NCBI GenBank assembly: GCA_051748045.1
Contig: JBNJGY010000024.1
Span: 1 to 27,443 of the forward strand
Length of the DNA stretch: 27,443 nucleotides
Reading direction: 5' to 3'
From: Thermotogota bacterium
Lineage (GTDB): Bacteria; Thermotogota; Thermotogae; Petrotogales; Petrotogaceae
In this document: positions 8,694-17,589 of the stretch, piece after piece
Layout: each line of letters starts with the position of its first letter
How positions within the stretch are numbered: position 1 is the stretch's first letter
Translations under genes and position numbers: made by a program
Notes under the pieces: generated by a model
Database searches by the model: none
Seen by the model: only the letters and a program-made list of their open reading frames with translations
What the model was told of the DNA's origin: nothing

Positions 8694-9626
8694 GTGATTT
8701 TCACTTTAACTATGAATCCATGTTTAGATCGATTTTTATATGTAGATGAATTAAAACCAGATGACACAATAAGGGTAAGAGAGATAAAAGATTATCCTGC
8801 TGGAAAAGGAATTGATGTTTCTAGAGTAATTGAGGAATTAGACGGTGAAACAGCAGCTATATCTCTTTTAGGGGGAAAAACTGGAGAGAAAATTCTTTAT
8901 ATGCTTCAAGAAGAAGGCGTTATAACCATCCCGGTTTGGATAAAAACTGAAACAAGAACAAACGTTATGATAGAAACTAATTCTGAACAATATAGAATGA
9001 GTCTTCCAACCTATGAAATCAATAATGAAAATATCGAAATGATTAAAGAGATAGTAGAAAAATTTGTAAAAAAAGATAGTAGTATTGTTGTTTCTGGTAG
9101 CCTTCCAAATGGATTAGATAGCTCTTTTTATTCAAATATAATTTCTGATCTTAAAAAAGAAAATATTAAAGTCTATTTTGATGCAGATGGCGAAAAACTT
9201 AATCAAGGACTTAAGTCAAAACCATTTTGTATAAAACCAAATATACATGAATTTGAAAGATTAATCGAAAAGAACCTTTCTTCTAAAAAAGAAATAATCG
9301 AAGAAGGAATGAAGTGTAGAAAAAAATATGATTTAGGGATACTTTTAATATCTCTTGGTTCTGATGGAGCTCTGGCTTTTTCAGAAGAAGGAGTTTATGA
9401 ATGTAGCCCATTAGAAATAGAAGTAGATAGTTCAGTTGGAGCTGGTGATTCATTTTTAGCAGCTTTTGTTTATTACAAAGAACAACTCAAATTGTCAACT
9501 GAAGAATCATTAAAAGCTGCAAACGCTGCAGGAGCTGCTACTGCCATGACTCCAGGTACAGAACTACTTCATAAAAAATCATTTGAGGATTTATTAAAAA
9601 AATCTATAGTTAAAAAAGTAAAATAA
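8694..9626 (+). CDS. PfkB-family 1-phosphofructokinase-like hexose kinase
   Basis: TLTMNPCLD, AGKGIDVSRV, SGSLP, IKPNIHE, SLGSDGA, DSSVGAGDSF; GTG start after a G-rich SD. Confidence 0.92.
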   Translation: MIFTLTMNPCLDRFLYVDELKPDDTIRVREIKDYPAGKGIDVSRVIEELDGETAAISLLGGKTGEKILYMLQEEGVITIPVWIKTETRTNVMIETNSEQYRMSLPTYEINNENIEMIKEIVEKFVKKDSSIVVSGSLPNGLDSSFYSNIISDLKKENIKVYFDADGEKLNQGLKSKPFCIKPNIHEFERLIEKNLSSKKEIIEEGMKCRKKYDLGILLISLGSDGALAFSEEGVYECSPLEIEVDSSVGAGDSFLAAFVYYKEQLKLSTEESLKAANAAGAATAMTPGTELLHKKSFEDLLKKSIVKKVK

Positions 9627-9650
9627 ATTAATATATATATATATATTAAT
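9627..9650. repeat. (AT)n tract forming a perfect 24-bp palindrome
   Basis: ATTAATATATATATATATATTAAT immediately after the pfkB stop codon. Confidence 0.7.
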
Positions 9651-9683
9651 ATAAATTATTTAGTAGTAAAAATTAAGGTTTTA

Positions 9684-9716
9684 AAAAAACTCACTTTTTC
9701 TAAAAGTGAGTTTTTT
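9684..9716. terminator. Terminator hairpin, potentially bidirectional
   Basis: AAAAAACTCACTTTT-TCT-AAAAGTGAGTTTTTT. Confidence 0.8.
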
Positions 9717-9717
9717 A

Positions 9718-9746
9718 TTGATTATGATACAAGTTTATTATATAAT
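9718..9746 (+). promoter_or_regulatory. Sigma70/A-type promoter of the HD-GYP gene
   Basis: TTGATT-N17-TATAAT. Confidence 0.6.
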
Positions 9747-9769
9747 ATTTTTATAGGGGGTTAACAACA

Positions 9770-11809
9770 ATGAAAAAATATCTAATAGTAACTTTTTATA
9801 TTTTACTTATAATACTCACTTTAGGAATAAAAATTGGAGTGTATGAAAATCCTCCAATGGTAATAAATGAGAAAGAAGGATTTTTCCCTGAATATATTTT
9901 ACATATTTTATCTGATGATTTTGATGTTGAAATGATTATGAAACCTCAGTCTATGTTAATGGATGATTTAAATAATGGAGAAATTGATGCTATTGTACCC
10001 TTAGGATATTCTGAAGAAAGAGACTCACTACACGATTTTAATAATGAAGCCTTTACATCAAATTGGGGAATAATTTATAAAAGAAGAGAATCTTTAGCAA
10101 ATACAATTTTTGATTTAGAAGATAAAAAAATTGGAGTTATGAAAACTGATATATTTTATGAAGGCCCACAAGGTTTGAAATTTTTACTGAATTCTTTTGA
10201 CTTAGATGCTACTTTTGTAGAGTTTGAAAGCTATACAGATATTTTCAAAGCTGCTCAAAAAGGTCATATCGACCTAGCTGCTGTAAATAAAATATTTGGC
10301 ATGAAGAATTATAATGAATTTTCTCTTTTACCAACAGATATTGTATTTTCTCCAATCAACGTATTAATGATGATTAGGGAGAATTATGAAAGAAAATCCG
10401 AACTAATAAATCTTCTAGACAATAGTTTAAAAGAAGATAAAAATAATAGGGGGAGTTATTACCATACTTTATTATCAAAATATATTAATTCTTCTATTGA
10501 AGTTATACCTAATTGGGTAAAGACAATATCATTATGGAGCATATTATTATTTTTTATAATTATTGTCGGAATATCTATAAATAGAAATATTCTTTCAAAA
10601 TTAGTAAAGAAAAGAACTGAAGAATTAGAAGAAGCAAAAAATGAACTTATACAAAAAAACAAATCTTTAGCTGAAATGAACAATGAAATAAATAACCAAA
10701 ACAAAGAATTGGAATCTATTTATAATGAAAATTCTCATTTATCTGAATCATTAAAAAGCATGATATTTGTTTTGTCTAACATAGGAAAACAAACGTACGA
10801 AACAGAAGACTACTTTTTAAATGAACTATTAGAAACAATATTAAAATTAATACCACATGCCGATTATGGGACTTCTTTCAAATTTATTAACCATAAGGTT
10901 CATTTTGTATCAAGTTATGGTCATGATCTAGATATGTTAAAAAATATTGATATTGATGAAGATTATTATTTTGAATCTATTGATCGTCCAATTATATTTG
11001 ATAAAACAATTAATTATGATAATTATAATTTGTCAAAAGAAGCAATTGATAAAATTAAAAAAGCGAATAAACCAATAAAACAATCTATAACAATGGGGTT
11101 AAATATTGAAGATAAAAAAATTGCTGGAATTTCTATTGATATAGCAGAAAATTCAAATGATTTTTTTTCAAAAAAAGATTTGGAGTTAATAGAAGCTTTT
11201 AGAACTCTTGCATCTACTTTTTATACAGTAAAATTAGATAACGAAAGAATATTTAATTTCCAAAAAAACCTAATAATAAGCTTTTTACAATTATTAGAAA
11301 TACACGATGAATACACAAAAGAACACTCTGAAAATGTAGCAGAATTAACAGAAAATCTAATGAAAATATTAGGTTATAATGATGATGAAATAAGAAATGG
11401 TTATTGGGCTGCATTAGTTCACGATGTAGGTAAAGCTTTGATTTCTGAAGAGGTACTAAATAAAAAAGAAAAACTAACTGATGAAGAATTTAAAATTATA
11501 AAGATGCACCCAGTATGGGCGTTTATGTCTCTTTCGAAAAATGAAAATTTAAAAAGTATTGCAAACATTGTGCTACATCATCATGAAAGATGGGATGGGA
11601 ATGGTTATCCTGATAGATTATCCAGAAATCAAATTCCAGAAATATCTCAAATTATTTGTGTTGTAGATGCATGGGATGCTATGACATCAGACCGTTCTTA
11701 TAGGAAAGCTTTGTCTAAGACAGAAGCTATTGATGAACTGATTAAAAATAAAGGTACCCAATTTTCGCCAAAAATAGTGGACACCTTTTTAGATATTTTG
11801 AATAATTAA
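9770..11809 (+). CDS. Membrane sensor HD-GYP phosphohydrolase (solute-binding domain, TM, coiled coil, GAF-like, HD-GYP)
   Basis: N-terminal family-3 SBP-like domain (IGVYENPP, GEIDAI, KKIGVMK); TM; coiled coil; HDEYTKEHS, HDVGK, HHERWDGNGYP, DAWDAMTSDRSYR. Confidence 0.9.
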   Translation: MKKYLIVTFYILLIILTLGIKIGVYENPPMVINEKEGFFPEYILHILSDDFDVEMIMKPQSMLMDDLNNGEIDAIVPLGYSEERDSLHDFNNEAFTSNWGIIYKRRESLANTIFDLEDKKIGVMKTDIFYEGPQGLKFLLNSFDLDATFVEFESYTDIFKAAQKGHIDLAAVNKIFGMKNYNEFSLLPTDIVFSPINVLMMIRENYERKSELINLLDNSLKEDKNNRGSYYHTLLSKYINSSIEVIPNWVKTISLWSILLFFIIIVGISINRNILSKLVKKRTEELEEAKNELIQKNKSLAEMNNEINNQNKELESIYNENSHLSESLKSMIFVLSNIGKQTYETEDYFLNELLETILKLIPHADYGTSFKFINHKVHFVSSYGHDLDMLKNIDIDEDYYFESIDRPIIFDKTINYDNYNLSKEAIDKIKKANKPIKQSITMGLNIEDKKIAGISIDIAENSNDFFSKKDLELIEAFRTLASTFYTVKLDNERIFNFQKNLIISFLQLLEIHDEYTKEHSENVAELTENLMKILGYNDDEIRNGYWAALVHDVGKALISEEVLNKKEKLTDEEFKIIKMHPVWAFMSLSKNENLKSIANIVLHHHERWDGNGYPDRLSRNQIPEISQIICVVDAWDAMTSDRSYRKALSKTEAIDELIKNKGTQFSPKIVDTFLDILNN

Positions 11810-11974
11810 AATTATGCTAATAGTTGTTTTACATAATCGTTTGTTGGTGAATTGAAAATTCCTTAATAAATATAAATAAATAATTATTTATTATTAATTA
11901 ATCTTTTTATTTAAAATCAATAGTTTTATTAACTAATTATAAGAATGAATAGACTTATTATTTTTTTAATTAAT

Positions 11975-11988
11975 TGATATAATATAAT
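11975..11988 (+). promoter_or_regulatory. Extended -10 promoter candidate for the NifX-fold gene
   Basis: TG-A-TATAAT at 11975-11983 with an overlapping second TATAAT at 11983-11988; AT-rich context lowers specificity. Confidence 0.4.
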
Positions 11989-12083
11989 TAAAGATTTTTT
12001 TGATTCTTACCATTTAACAAAAATATTTTTTAGATTATTCTTATAAATCTTTAAAAAATATTAATATAAACTGGAGGTAATAT

Positions 12084-12509
12084 ATGAAAATAGCAATTCC
12101 CGTAAAAGAGAATAAAAACACTGAGTCAGAAGTTTTTGAGAAGTTTGAAAAAGCTACGAATTTAGCTTTAGTTAATTTATATGAAGATAGATATAATTTA
12201 GATATTATTGAAAAAGATATGGACAAATTATCTTTAGAAGAAATATCAAATTTTTTATCAGAAAATGATATTAAAGCTGTAATTGCAGACAAAATAGAGG
12301 AAGACTTATGTAAATTACTTTCAAAAGAAAAAATAATGGTAGTTTATGAAGCTCAGGGCAAAATAGAAAATATAGTTGGTGCTTTTGCAGCAATGCTTTC
12401 TAACCAAGAACAAGGATGTTCAGGCAACTGTAATGGTTGTGGTGGAGATCATGACCATGAAGATGCTTGTTGTACTACAGATGAAAGTGGTTGTGGTGGT
12501 TGTCATTAA
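12084..12509 (+). CDS. NifB/NifX-family (dinitrogenase FeMo-cofactor biosynthesis fold) protein with a Cys/His-rich tail
   Basis: MKIAIPV start, LSENDIKAVIA, KIMVV pattern typical of the family; last 30 aa contain 7 Cys and 3 His; SD GGAGG. Confidence 0.75.
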   Translation: MKIAIPVKENKNTESEVFEKFEKATNLALVNLYEDRYNLDIIEKDMDKLSLEEISNFLSENDIKAVIADKIEEDLCKLLSKEKIMVVYEAQGKIENIVGAFAAMLSNQEQGCSGNCNGCGGDHDHEDACCTTDESGCGGCH

Positions 12510-12515
12510 TAATAT

Positions 12516-12546
12516 AACGCACATATTACTAAATATGTGCGTTTTT
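12516..12546 (+). terminator. Terminator hairpin between convergent genes
   Basis: AACGCACATATT-ACTA-AATATGTGCGTT followed by T; overlaps the stop codon of the minus-strand gene. Confidence 0.85.
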
Positions 12547-13461
12547 AATTTTTTTATATATACTTTTTAATCCATATGAGGAAAGAACAGCACCAAAGGC
12601 TATGGTTCCTAATTTTCCACCTCCACCACCAAAGTGACTATAACTGTAAATAAAAATTATTGCTACAAATAAACTAATAATGAGCATTTCTAATATACTT
12701 TTGACTCTATCTTTTGAAGACATTCCAGCAAAAGTTGCTGTCATTAAAACAAGTGAATAATCCACATCATAATTACTCATTATTTCAGGCAATATTAATG
12801 CACCTATTAAACTAATAATAGCTGAAACTGCTACGACATTTTTATTATAATAATGGCTGAATAAAAATGTTAGTAATGTACCTAAAAAAGTAATTATCAA
12901 AAGATAGTAATTATTTTCCAAGGTAAAATCTAAAGATAACAAATCTATATTACACATATAGTATATTATAATCCATGAGGAAAATGCTGTTGCTCCCAAT
13001 TTACCCCCGAAACCATCAAAAATATTTTTACCTAGAGCAAAAATTATTCCAGCTATTATAGAAGCTAATATAATATGATAAAAATCATGATAAACTTCCG
13101 GAGAAACCATTCCAACAAATGCTCCTGTATATAGTTGAATAGAATATTTTGGTTTAAACCCAAAACCTAATATTCCAACTAAACTAGCTGCGATAATTGC
13201 ACCTTGACCTAAATAAATATTAAAAATATACGCTAATAAACCTCCCAAGAAAACATAAAAAATATCTCTATAATCAATTTTTTCTTTCACCTTTTTATCT
13301 TTTATGCTCAAATATTCCTTAAACATGGCTGATAAAATTCCGATAACAATTAAAAATGAAAATATAAACATAGAAATATTATCTCTAAAGGATGAAACAA
13401 GAGTAAGGATATATAAAAAACTTGTAGATATGCTAATAATAAAAAAAGAAATATACTTAAT
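12529..13461 (-). CDS. Polytopic membrane protein of unknown function with a duplicated F-x-GM-x-S...GGKLG motif
   Basis: Multiple hydrophobic segments; two copies of the motif set. Start inferred at ATT 13461, 8 nt after the GGGGG SD; the ORF-track TTG at 13521 has no SD. Confidence 0.75.
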   Translation of the reverse strand: MKYISFFIISISTSFLYILTLVSSFRDNISMFIFSFLIVIGILSAMFKEYLSIKDKKVKEKIDYRDIFYVFLGGLLAYIFNIYLGQGAIIAASLVGILGFGFKPKYSIQLYTGAFVGMVSPEVYHDFYHIILASIIAGIIFALGKNIFDGFGGKLGATAFSSWIIIYYMCNIDLLSLDFTLENNYYLLIITFLGTLLTFLFSHYYNKNVVAVSAIISLIGALILPEIMSNYDVDYSLVLMTATFAGMSSKDRVKSILEMLIISLFVAIIFIYSYSHFGGGGGKLGTIAFGAVLSSYGLKSIYKKIKNAHI

Positions 13462-13527
13462 AATTAATTCCCCCTTTAACTCTTTTACAAATATTATTAC
13501 AAAATTTTCTTGAAAAATCAAATTTAT

Positions 13528-13561
13528 AAAAAAACCACAGCATAAGTATTTAATGCTGTGG
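13528..13561 (-). terminator. Rho-independent terminator of the MCP gene
   Basis: Minus strand: CCACAGCAT-N9-ATGCTGTGG followed by T7. Confidence 0.85.
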
Positions 13562-13574
13562 CTTGGGATAAATT

Positions 13575-15260
13575 TTATACTTTAAATTCATCTACAATAC
13601 TATTCAATTTCTCTGATAAACCAGATAGTTCTTCTGAACTTGCGCTTACTTCTTGGGCTGAACTTGATTGCATATCAATTGATTGGGAAATTTCGTTTAT
13701 CGTTTCTGAAATATGATTCATTTTACCAGCAATTTTATCCATAGCAGCACTCATTTCTTCAGTAGAAGCACTTTGTTCTTGACTTGTAGCAGTCAGATTT
13801 TCTATTTCATTGCTGATGTTATCTATGCTATCTGCAATTCCTTTTATATCTTTCTTTATTACAGATGATTGATCAGACACTTTGTTTACTATATCAGTTG
13901 TTTCGTCAGTAGCTTTATCTGCTTTTGTTATTCCATTTTTAATTTCTTTTAATATATCTTCAATTTCAGTTGTTGTTTTACTACTTTGTTCAGCTAATTT
14001 TCTTATTTCATCAGCTACGACCGCAAAACCTTTACCAGCTTCACCTGCTCTTGCAGCTTCAATTGCAGCATTTAAAGCTAAAAGATTTGTTTGTTCAGAT
14101 ATTTCATCAATTTTAGATACTATTTCACCTATGTTTTGTGATTTCTGTTCTACTACTTTTACTATATCTGAAGTGTTTTTTGTTTTTATATTAGCTTCAG
14201 ATATTATTTTAACAATTTCATTAATATTAATAGATCCTGATTGAGAAGCACTACTAATTTTATCTACATCATTATTAATATTTTGTGCCAAATCAGCTAA
14301 CATTTGTGATGATGATGAAATCTCTTGAACTCCTGAAGTAACTTCCTCAACTGAAGCAGATGTGTCTTCAGTAGATTTGGTAATGTCATCAGAATTTGAT
14401 GATAATTCTTCCAAATTAGCTGTAGATTCTTCTGAAGAAGCTGCTAATTCATCAGATGATTCATTTATTGTTTCAATGTATTCATTCATATTATCTACAA
14501 TACTATGAATTCTATTTGATGTCTCTTCTAATGAAATATAGATATCTCCAATTTCATCAATTCTATTTTCTTTGAAATCAACTGTTAGATCACCTTTTCC
14601 AAATTTTTTTATTTTACTTATCAAATGATTTATAGGTCTTGTTATTGACAATGTTATAATTGTTCCTATTATAGAGGATATTATTAAAACTAGTATAAAT
14701 ATTATTAAAATAAACATTGCACTCTTTTGTTGGTCATCATAGATCCCTTTTGCTTCTTGTTTAGTTCTTGTTAAATATATTATTGACAATTCTTCTGTTT
14801 TGTCAATTTGGTTTTTCAAAATATCTCTATTTTCTTTTCTAAAAGAAATATCATCTATTTCATTTCTAACTAATTTTTCAAAATTATTTTCAAAATCATT
14901 TATAACTTTTTCTAATTCATTATAATGTAATATCAATTCCTGATTATCACTATTTGATAACAATTTTTTACCTTCAGTATCGATTTCTTTTATATCTTGA
15001 ATTTCTTCTCTACTTTTTTCCAAAAATTCATTTGTTCTTTCTGTTGAGTAAAGGTCTGAATAATATCTAAGTGATTGTAAATTCCTTTCTAGTTCGTTTA
15101 AATTTTCCACTAAAGGTAGAATATATTCGTTATTTTCCTCTGAAAAACCTGCAGCCTCATTCATGTTTATAAATGAAATAAAGCCTATAGTAAAAGTTAA
15201 CCCTACAATAATTATAAACCCAATTAGTAATTTAAACCCGATTTTTAATTTTTTTAACAT
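13575..15260 (-). CDS. Methyl-accepting chemotaxis protein
   Basis: TM, four-helix sensor, TM, HAMP (GDLT, DEIG); signalling motif [41 protein letters not shown] 15260 follows SD GGAGG. Confidence 0.95.
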   Translation of the reverse strand: MLKKLKIGFKLLIGFIIIVGLTFTIGFISFINMNEAAGFSEENNEYILPLVENLNELERNLQSLRYYSDLYSTERTNEFLEKSREEIQDIKEIDTEGKKLLSNSDNQELILHYNELEKVINDFENNFEKLVRNEIDDISFRKENRDILKNQIDKTEELSIIYLTRTKQEAKGIYDDQQKSAMFILIIFILVLIISSIIGTIITLSITRPINHLISKIKKFGKGDLTVDFKENRIDEIGDIYISLEETSNRIHSIVDNMNEYIETINESSDELAASSEESTANLEELSSNSDDITKSTEDTSASVEEVTSGVQEISSSSQMLADLAQNINNDVDKISSASQSGSININEIVKIISEANIKTKNTSDIVKVVEQKSQNIGEIVSKIDEISEQTNLLALNAAIEAARAGEAGKGFAVVADEIRKLAEQSSKTTTEIEDILKEIKNGITKADKATDETTDIVNKVSDQSSVIKKDIKGIADSIDNISNEIENLTATSQEQSASTEEMSAAMDKIAGKMNHISETINEISQSIDMQSSSAQEVSASSEELSGLSEKLNSIVDEFKV

Positions 15261-15359
15261 AATAACCTCCTGTAATATTTCAAAAATAAGAATTAGTCCA
15301 AATTTCATAATACCATTTCTTTATTAAATTGAACTGAAATTATTTTTCACTATTAGCAA

Positions 15360-15383
15360 AATAAGTAACAAATGTTACTTATT
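15360..15383. promoter_or_regulatory. Crp/Fnr-family (HcpR-like) operator upstream of fprA
   Basis: Perfect 11-bp arms AATAAGTAACA-AA-TGTTACTTATT with core GTAAC-N4-GTTAC; centre 15371.5; -10 TATAAT at 15401-15406. Confidence 0.7.
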
Positions 15384-15437
15384 ATATTTTATTATCGGTG
15401 TATAATTTTAATACCGACAATATAAGGAGGTATTATT

Positions 15438-16625
15438 ATGTTTTTTGAGATTAATAATTATGTTAAGTGGGTAGGAAAAATAGACTGGGATTTGACTAAG
15501 TTCCATGGTGAAGAATATTCAGTTAGAAGAGGATCTTCTTACAATTCTTACCTAATTGAGGATGAAAAAAACGTTTTGATAGATACCGTTTGGGAACCTT
15601 TTTCAAGAGAATTTGTAAAAAATTTAGAAAAAGTCATAGATTTAAATAAAATAGATTATATAGTAGCAAATCATGGAGAAATTGATCATAGTGGTGCATT
15701 ACCAGATTTGATTGAAAAAATCCCTAATGTACCTATTTACTGTACACAAAACGCTGTTGATTCATTAAAAGGTCATTATCATAAGGATTGGAATTTTAAT
15801 GTAGTAAAAACTGGAGATACTTTAGATATTGGAAAAAATAAATTGATTTTTATAGAAGCAAGAATGTTGCATTGGCCTGATACTATGATGACCTATATGT
15901 CAGGAGAAAATATTTTGTTCAGCAATGATGCTTTTGGACAACATTTCGCTTCTGAGCAGATGTTTAATGATTTAGTTGCTGATCAAGATGAATTATATGC
16001 TGAAGCAATAAAATATTACGCAAATATTTTAACTCCTTTTTCAAAATTGGTTATTAATAAAATAAAAGAATTACAAGGAATGAAAGTACCTGTTAAAATG
16101 ATTCTTCCTAGTCACGGAATAATCTGGAGAGATAATCCAATGCAAATAGTAGAAAAATATCTTGAATGGGCAGATAGCTATAAACAAAATCAAATTACTT
16201 TACTCTATGATACAATGTGGAATGGTACTAAACGGCTAGCAGAAAATATTGCAAAAGGCATTAAATCAGTTGATAAGGAAGTTACCGTTAAATTAATGAA
16301 TACTGGTAAAAAAGATAAGAATGACATTTTAACTGAAGTTTTTAAGTCAAAATCTATTGGAGTAGGTTCTCCAACTATTAATCAAACCGTACTTCATTCA
16401 GTAGCAGGAATTTTAGATATGATTAAAAGTCTCAAATTTAAAGACAAAAATGCAATTGCTTATGGAACATATGGTTGGAGTGGAGAATCAACTAAAATTA
16501 TTAAAGAAGAACTTGAAAAAGCTAAGTTCAGTATTATTGATGAACCTTTATTAGCAAAATGGAATCCAAATGAAGAGGCTTTGAAAGAAGCTTTTAATTT
16601 AGGAACTAAAATAGCAAAAGTATAA
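15438..16625 (+). CDS. fprA: Flavodiiron protein (A-type flavoprotein, O2/NO reductase)
   Basis: Diiron ligands HGEIDH, LHWPD, SNDAFG, PSHG; flavodoxin domain YDTMWNGT, GSPT, GTYGWSGE; SD AAGGAGG. Confidence 0.93.
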   Translation: MFFEINNYVKWVGKIDWDLTKFHGEEYSVRRGSSYNSYLIEDEKNVLIDTVWEPFSREFVKNLEKVIDLNKIDYIVANHGEIDHSGALPDLIEKIPNVPIYCTQNAVDSLKGHYHKDWNFNVVKTGDTLDIGKNKLIFIEARMLHWPDTMMTYMSGENILFSNDAFGQHFASEQMFNDLVADQDELYAEAIKYYANILTPFSKLVINKIKELQGMKVPVKMILPSHGIIWRDNPMQIVEKYLEWADSYKQNQITLLYDTMWNGTKRLAENIAKGIKSVDKEVTVKLMNTGKKDKNDILTEVFKSKSIGVGSPTINQTVLHSVAGILDMIKSLKFKDKNAIAYGTYGWSGESTKIIKEELEKAKFSIIDEPLLAKWNPNEEALKEAFNLGTKIAKV

Positions 16626-16662
16626 AATAATCAAAATAAATTTTCTTATTATTAGCATAAAT

Positions 16663-16691
16663 TTGTAATTTTATTTTTTAAAATATATAAT
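16663..16691 (+). promoter_or_regulatory. Sigma70/A-type promoter of the PAP2 gene
   Basis: TTGTAA-N17-TATAAT. Confidence 0.5.
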
Positions 16692-16721
16692 AATTATATA
16701 CAAACAACTAGGGGGAATATT

Positions 16722-17552
16722 ATGGAGTTGGAAATTTTAAAATCTATACAAAGTTTTGCTAACCCTTTTTGGGATAATTTTTTTGAATTTTTCACTATTT
16801 TTGGAGAAGAATTGATTGTTATTCCAGTTCTAACCTTTATCTTTTGGATAATTGATAAAAAGTTTGGTGAATACCTTGGCTTTGCTGTATTTACAAGCTT
16901 TTTAGTTAATAATTCCTTGAAAGATATTTTTCAATTTAAAAGGCCTATTGGTGAAGAAGGTATTAGAAGTCTCAGAACACATACTGCAACTGGATATGCC
17001 TTTCCTAGTGGTCATACTCAAGGCGCAGCTTCTTTTTATTCAGCAATATCTATTTATTTAAATAAAAAATTAATATATTTTATTGCAGGAATAATTATTT
17101 TTTTTGTTGGATATTCTCGATTATATCTAGGAGTTCATTACCCTAAAGATGTTATTGCTGGAATAATTATTGGAATTGGAGTTTCATATTTTACTTATTT
17201 AATCAATAAAAAGATAAAAAATAAACTTTTAGTCTATTATATAATCTTTATTATTGGTTTATTTCTACTTTTTTTCTCAAATTCACCTGATTATATTAAA
17301 GCTTTAGGTACTTACTTTGGTTTTGTAAATGGTATTTATATAGAAAAGAAATTTGTAGACTTCAATATAAATATAAGTTTTATAAAAAAAATATTTAGAT
17401 ACATTATAGGTTTAGCTATAATTCTTGTTCTTAAAGAAGGATTGAAACTAATACTACCAAATGAAATATTATATTATTTTATAAGATATTTTTTAATTAC
17501 TTTTATAGGTATAGGAATTTATCCTTACATATTTAATAAGTTGAAATTTTAA
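16722..17552 (+). CDS. PAP2-family membrane phosphatase
   Basis: C1 KDIFQFKRP, C2 FPSGH, C3 SRLYLGVHYPKD; multiple TM segments. Confidence 0.93.
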   Translation: MELEILKSIQSFANPFWDNFFEFFTIFGEELIVIPVLTFIFWIIDKKFGEYLGFAVFTSFLVNNSLKDIFQFKRPIGEEGIRSLRTHTATGYAFPSGHTQGAASFYSAISIYLNKKLIYFIAGIIIFFVGYSRLYLGVHYPKDVIAGIIIGIGVSYFTYLINKKIKNKLLVYYIIFIIGLFLLFFSNSPDYIKALGTYFGFVNGIYIEKKFVDFNINISFIKKIFRYIIGLAIILVLKEGLKLILPNEILYYFIRYFLITFIGIGIYPYIFNKLKF

Positions 17553-17589
17553 ATAAAGAACAACAATCAATGATTGTTGTTCTTTATTT
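17551..17589. terminator. Bidirectional terminator, 19-bp perfect inverted repeat
   Basis: AAATAAAGAACAACAATCA-A-TGATTGTTGTTCTTTATTT, overlapping the stop codons of both convergent genes. Confidence 0.8.

Noticed and set aside
11810-12083. Replication origin or c-di-GMP riboswitch in the long AT-rich gap
   Set aside because: No repeated DnaA-box-like motifs and no GC-paired riboswitch core seen.
12084-12509. Nitrogen fixation inferred from the NifX-like gene
   Set aside because: This fold is widespread in non-diazotrophs and no nif genes are present in the window.
15261-15308. Longer N-terminus of the MCP from the ORF track
   Set aside because: SD GGAGG sits directly before ATG 15260; the extension is probably untranslated leader.
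15392-15420. Sigma28 promoter for the MCP gene (ACCGATAA on the minus strand)
   Set aside because: The nearest upstream TAAA is 7 nt away rather than about 15; better explained as an inverted-repeat arm.
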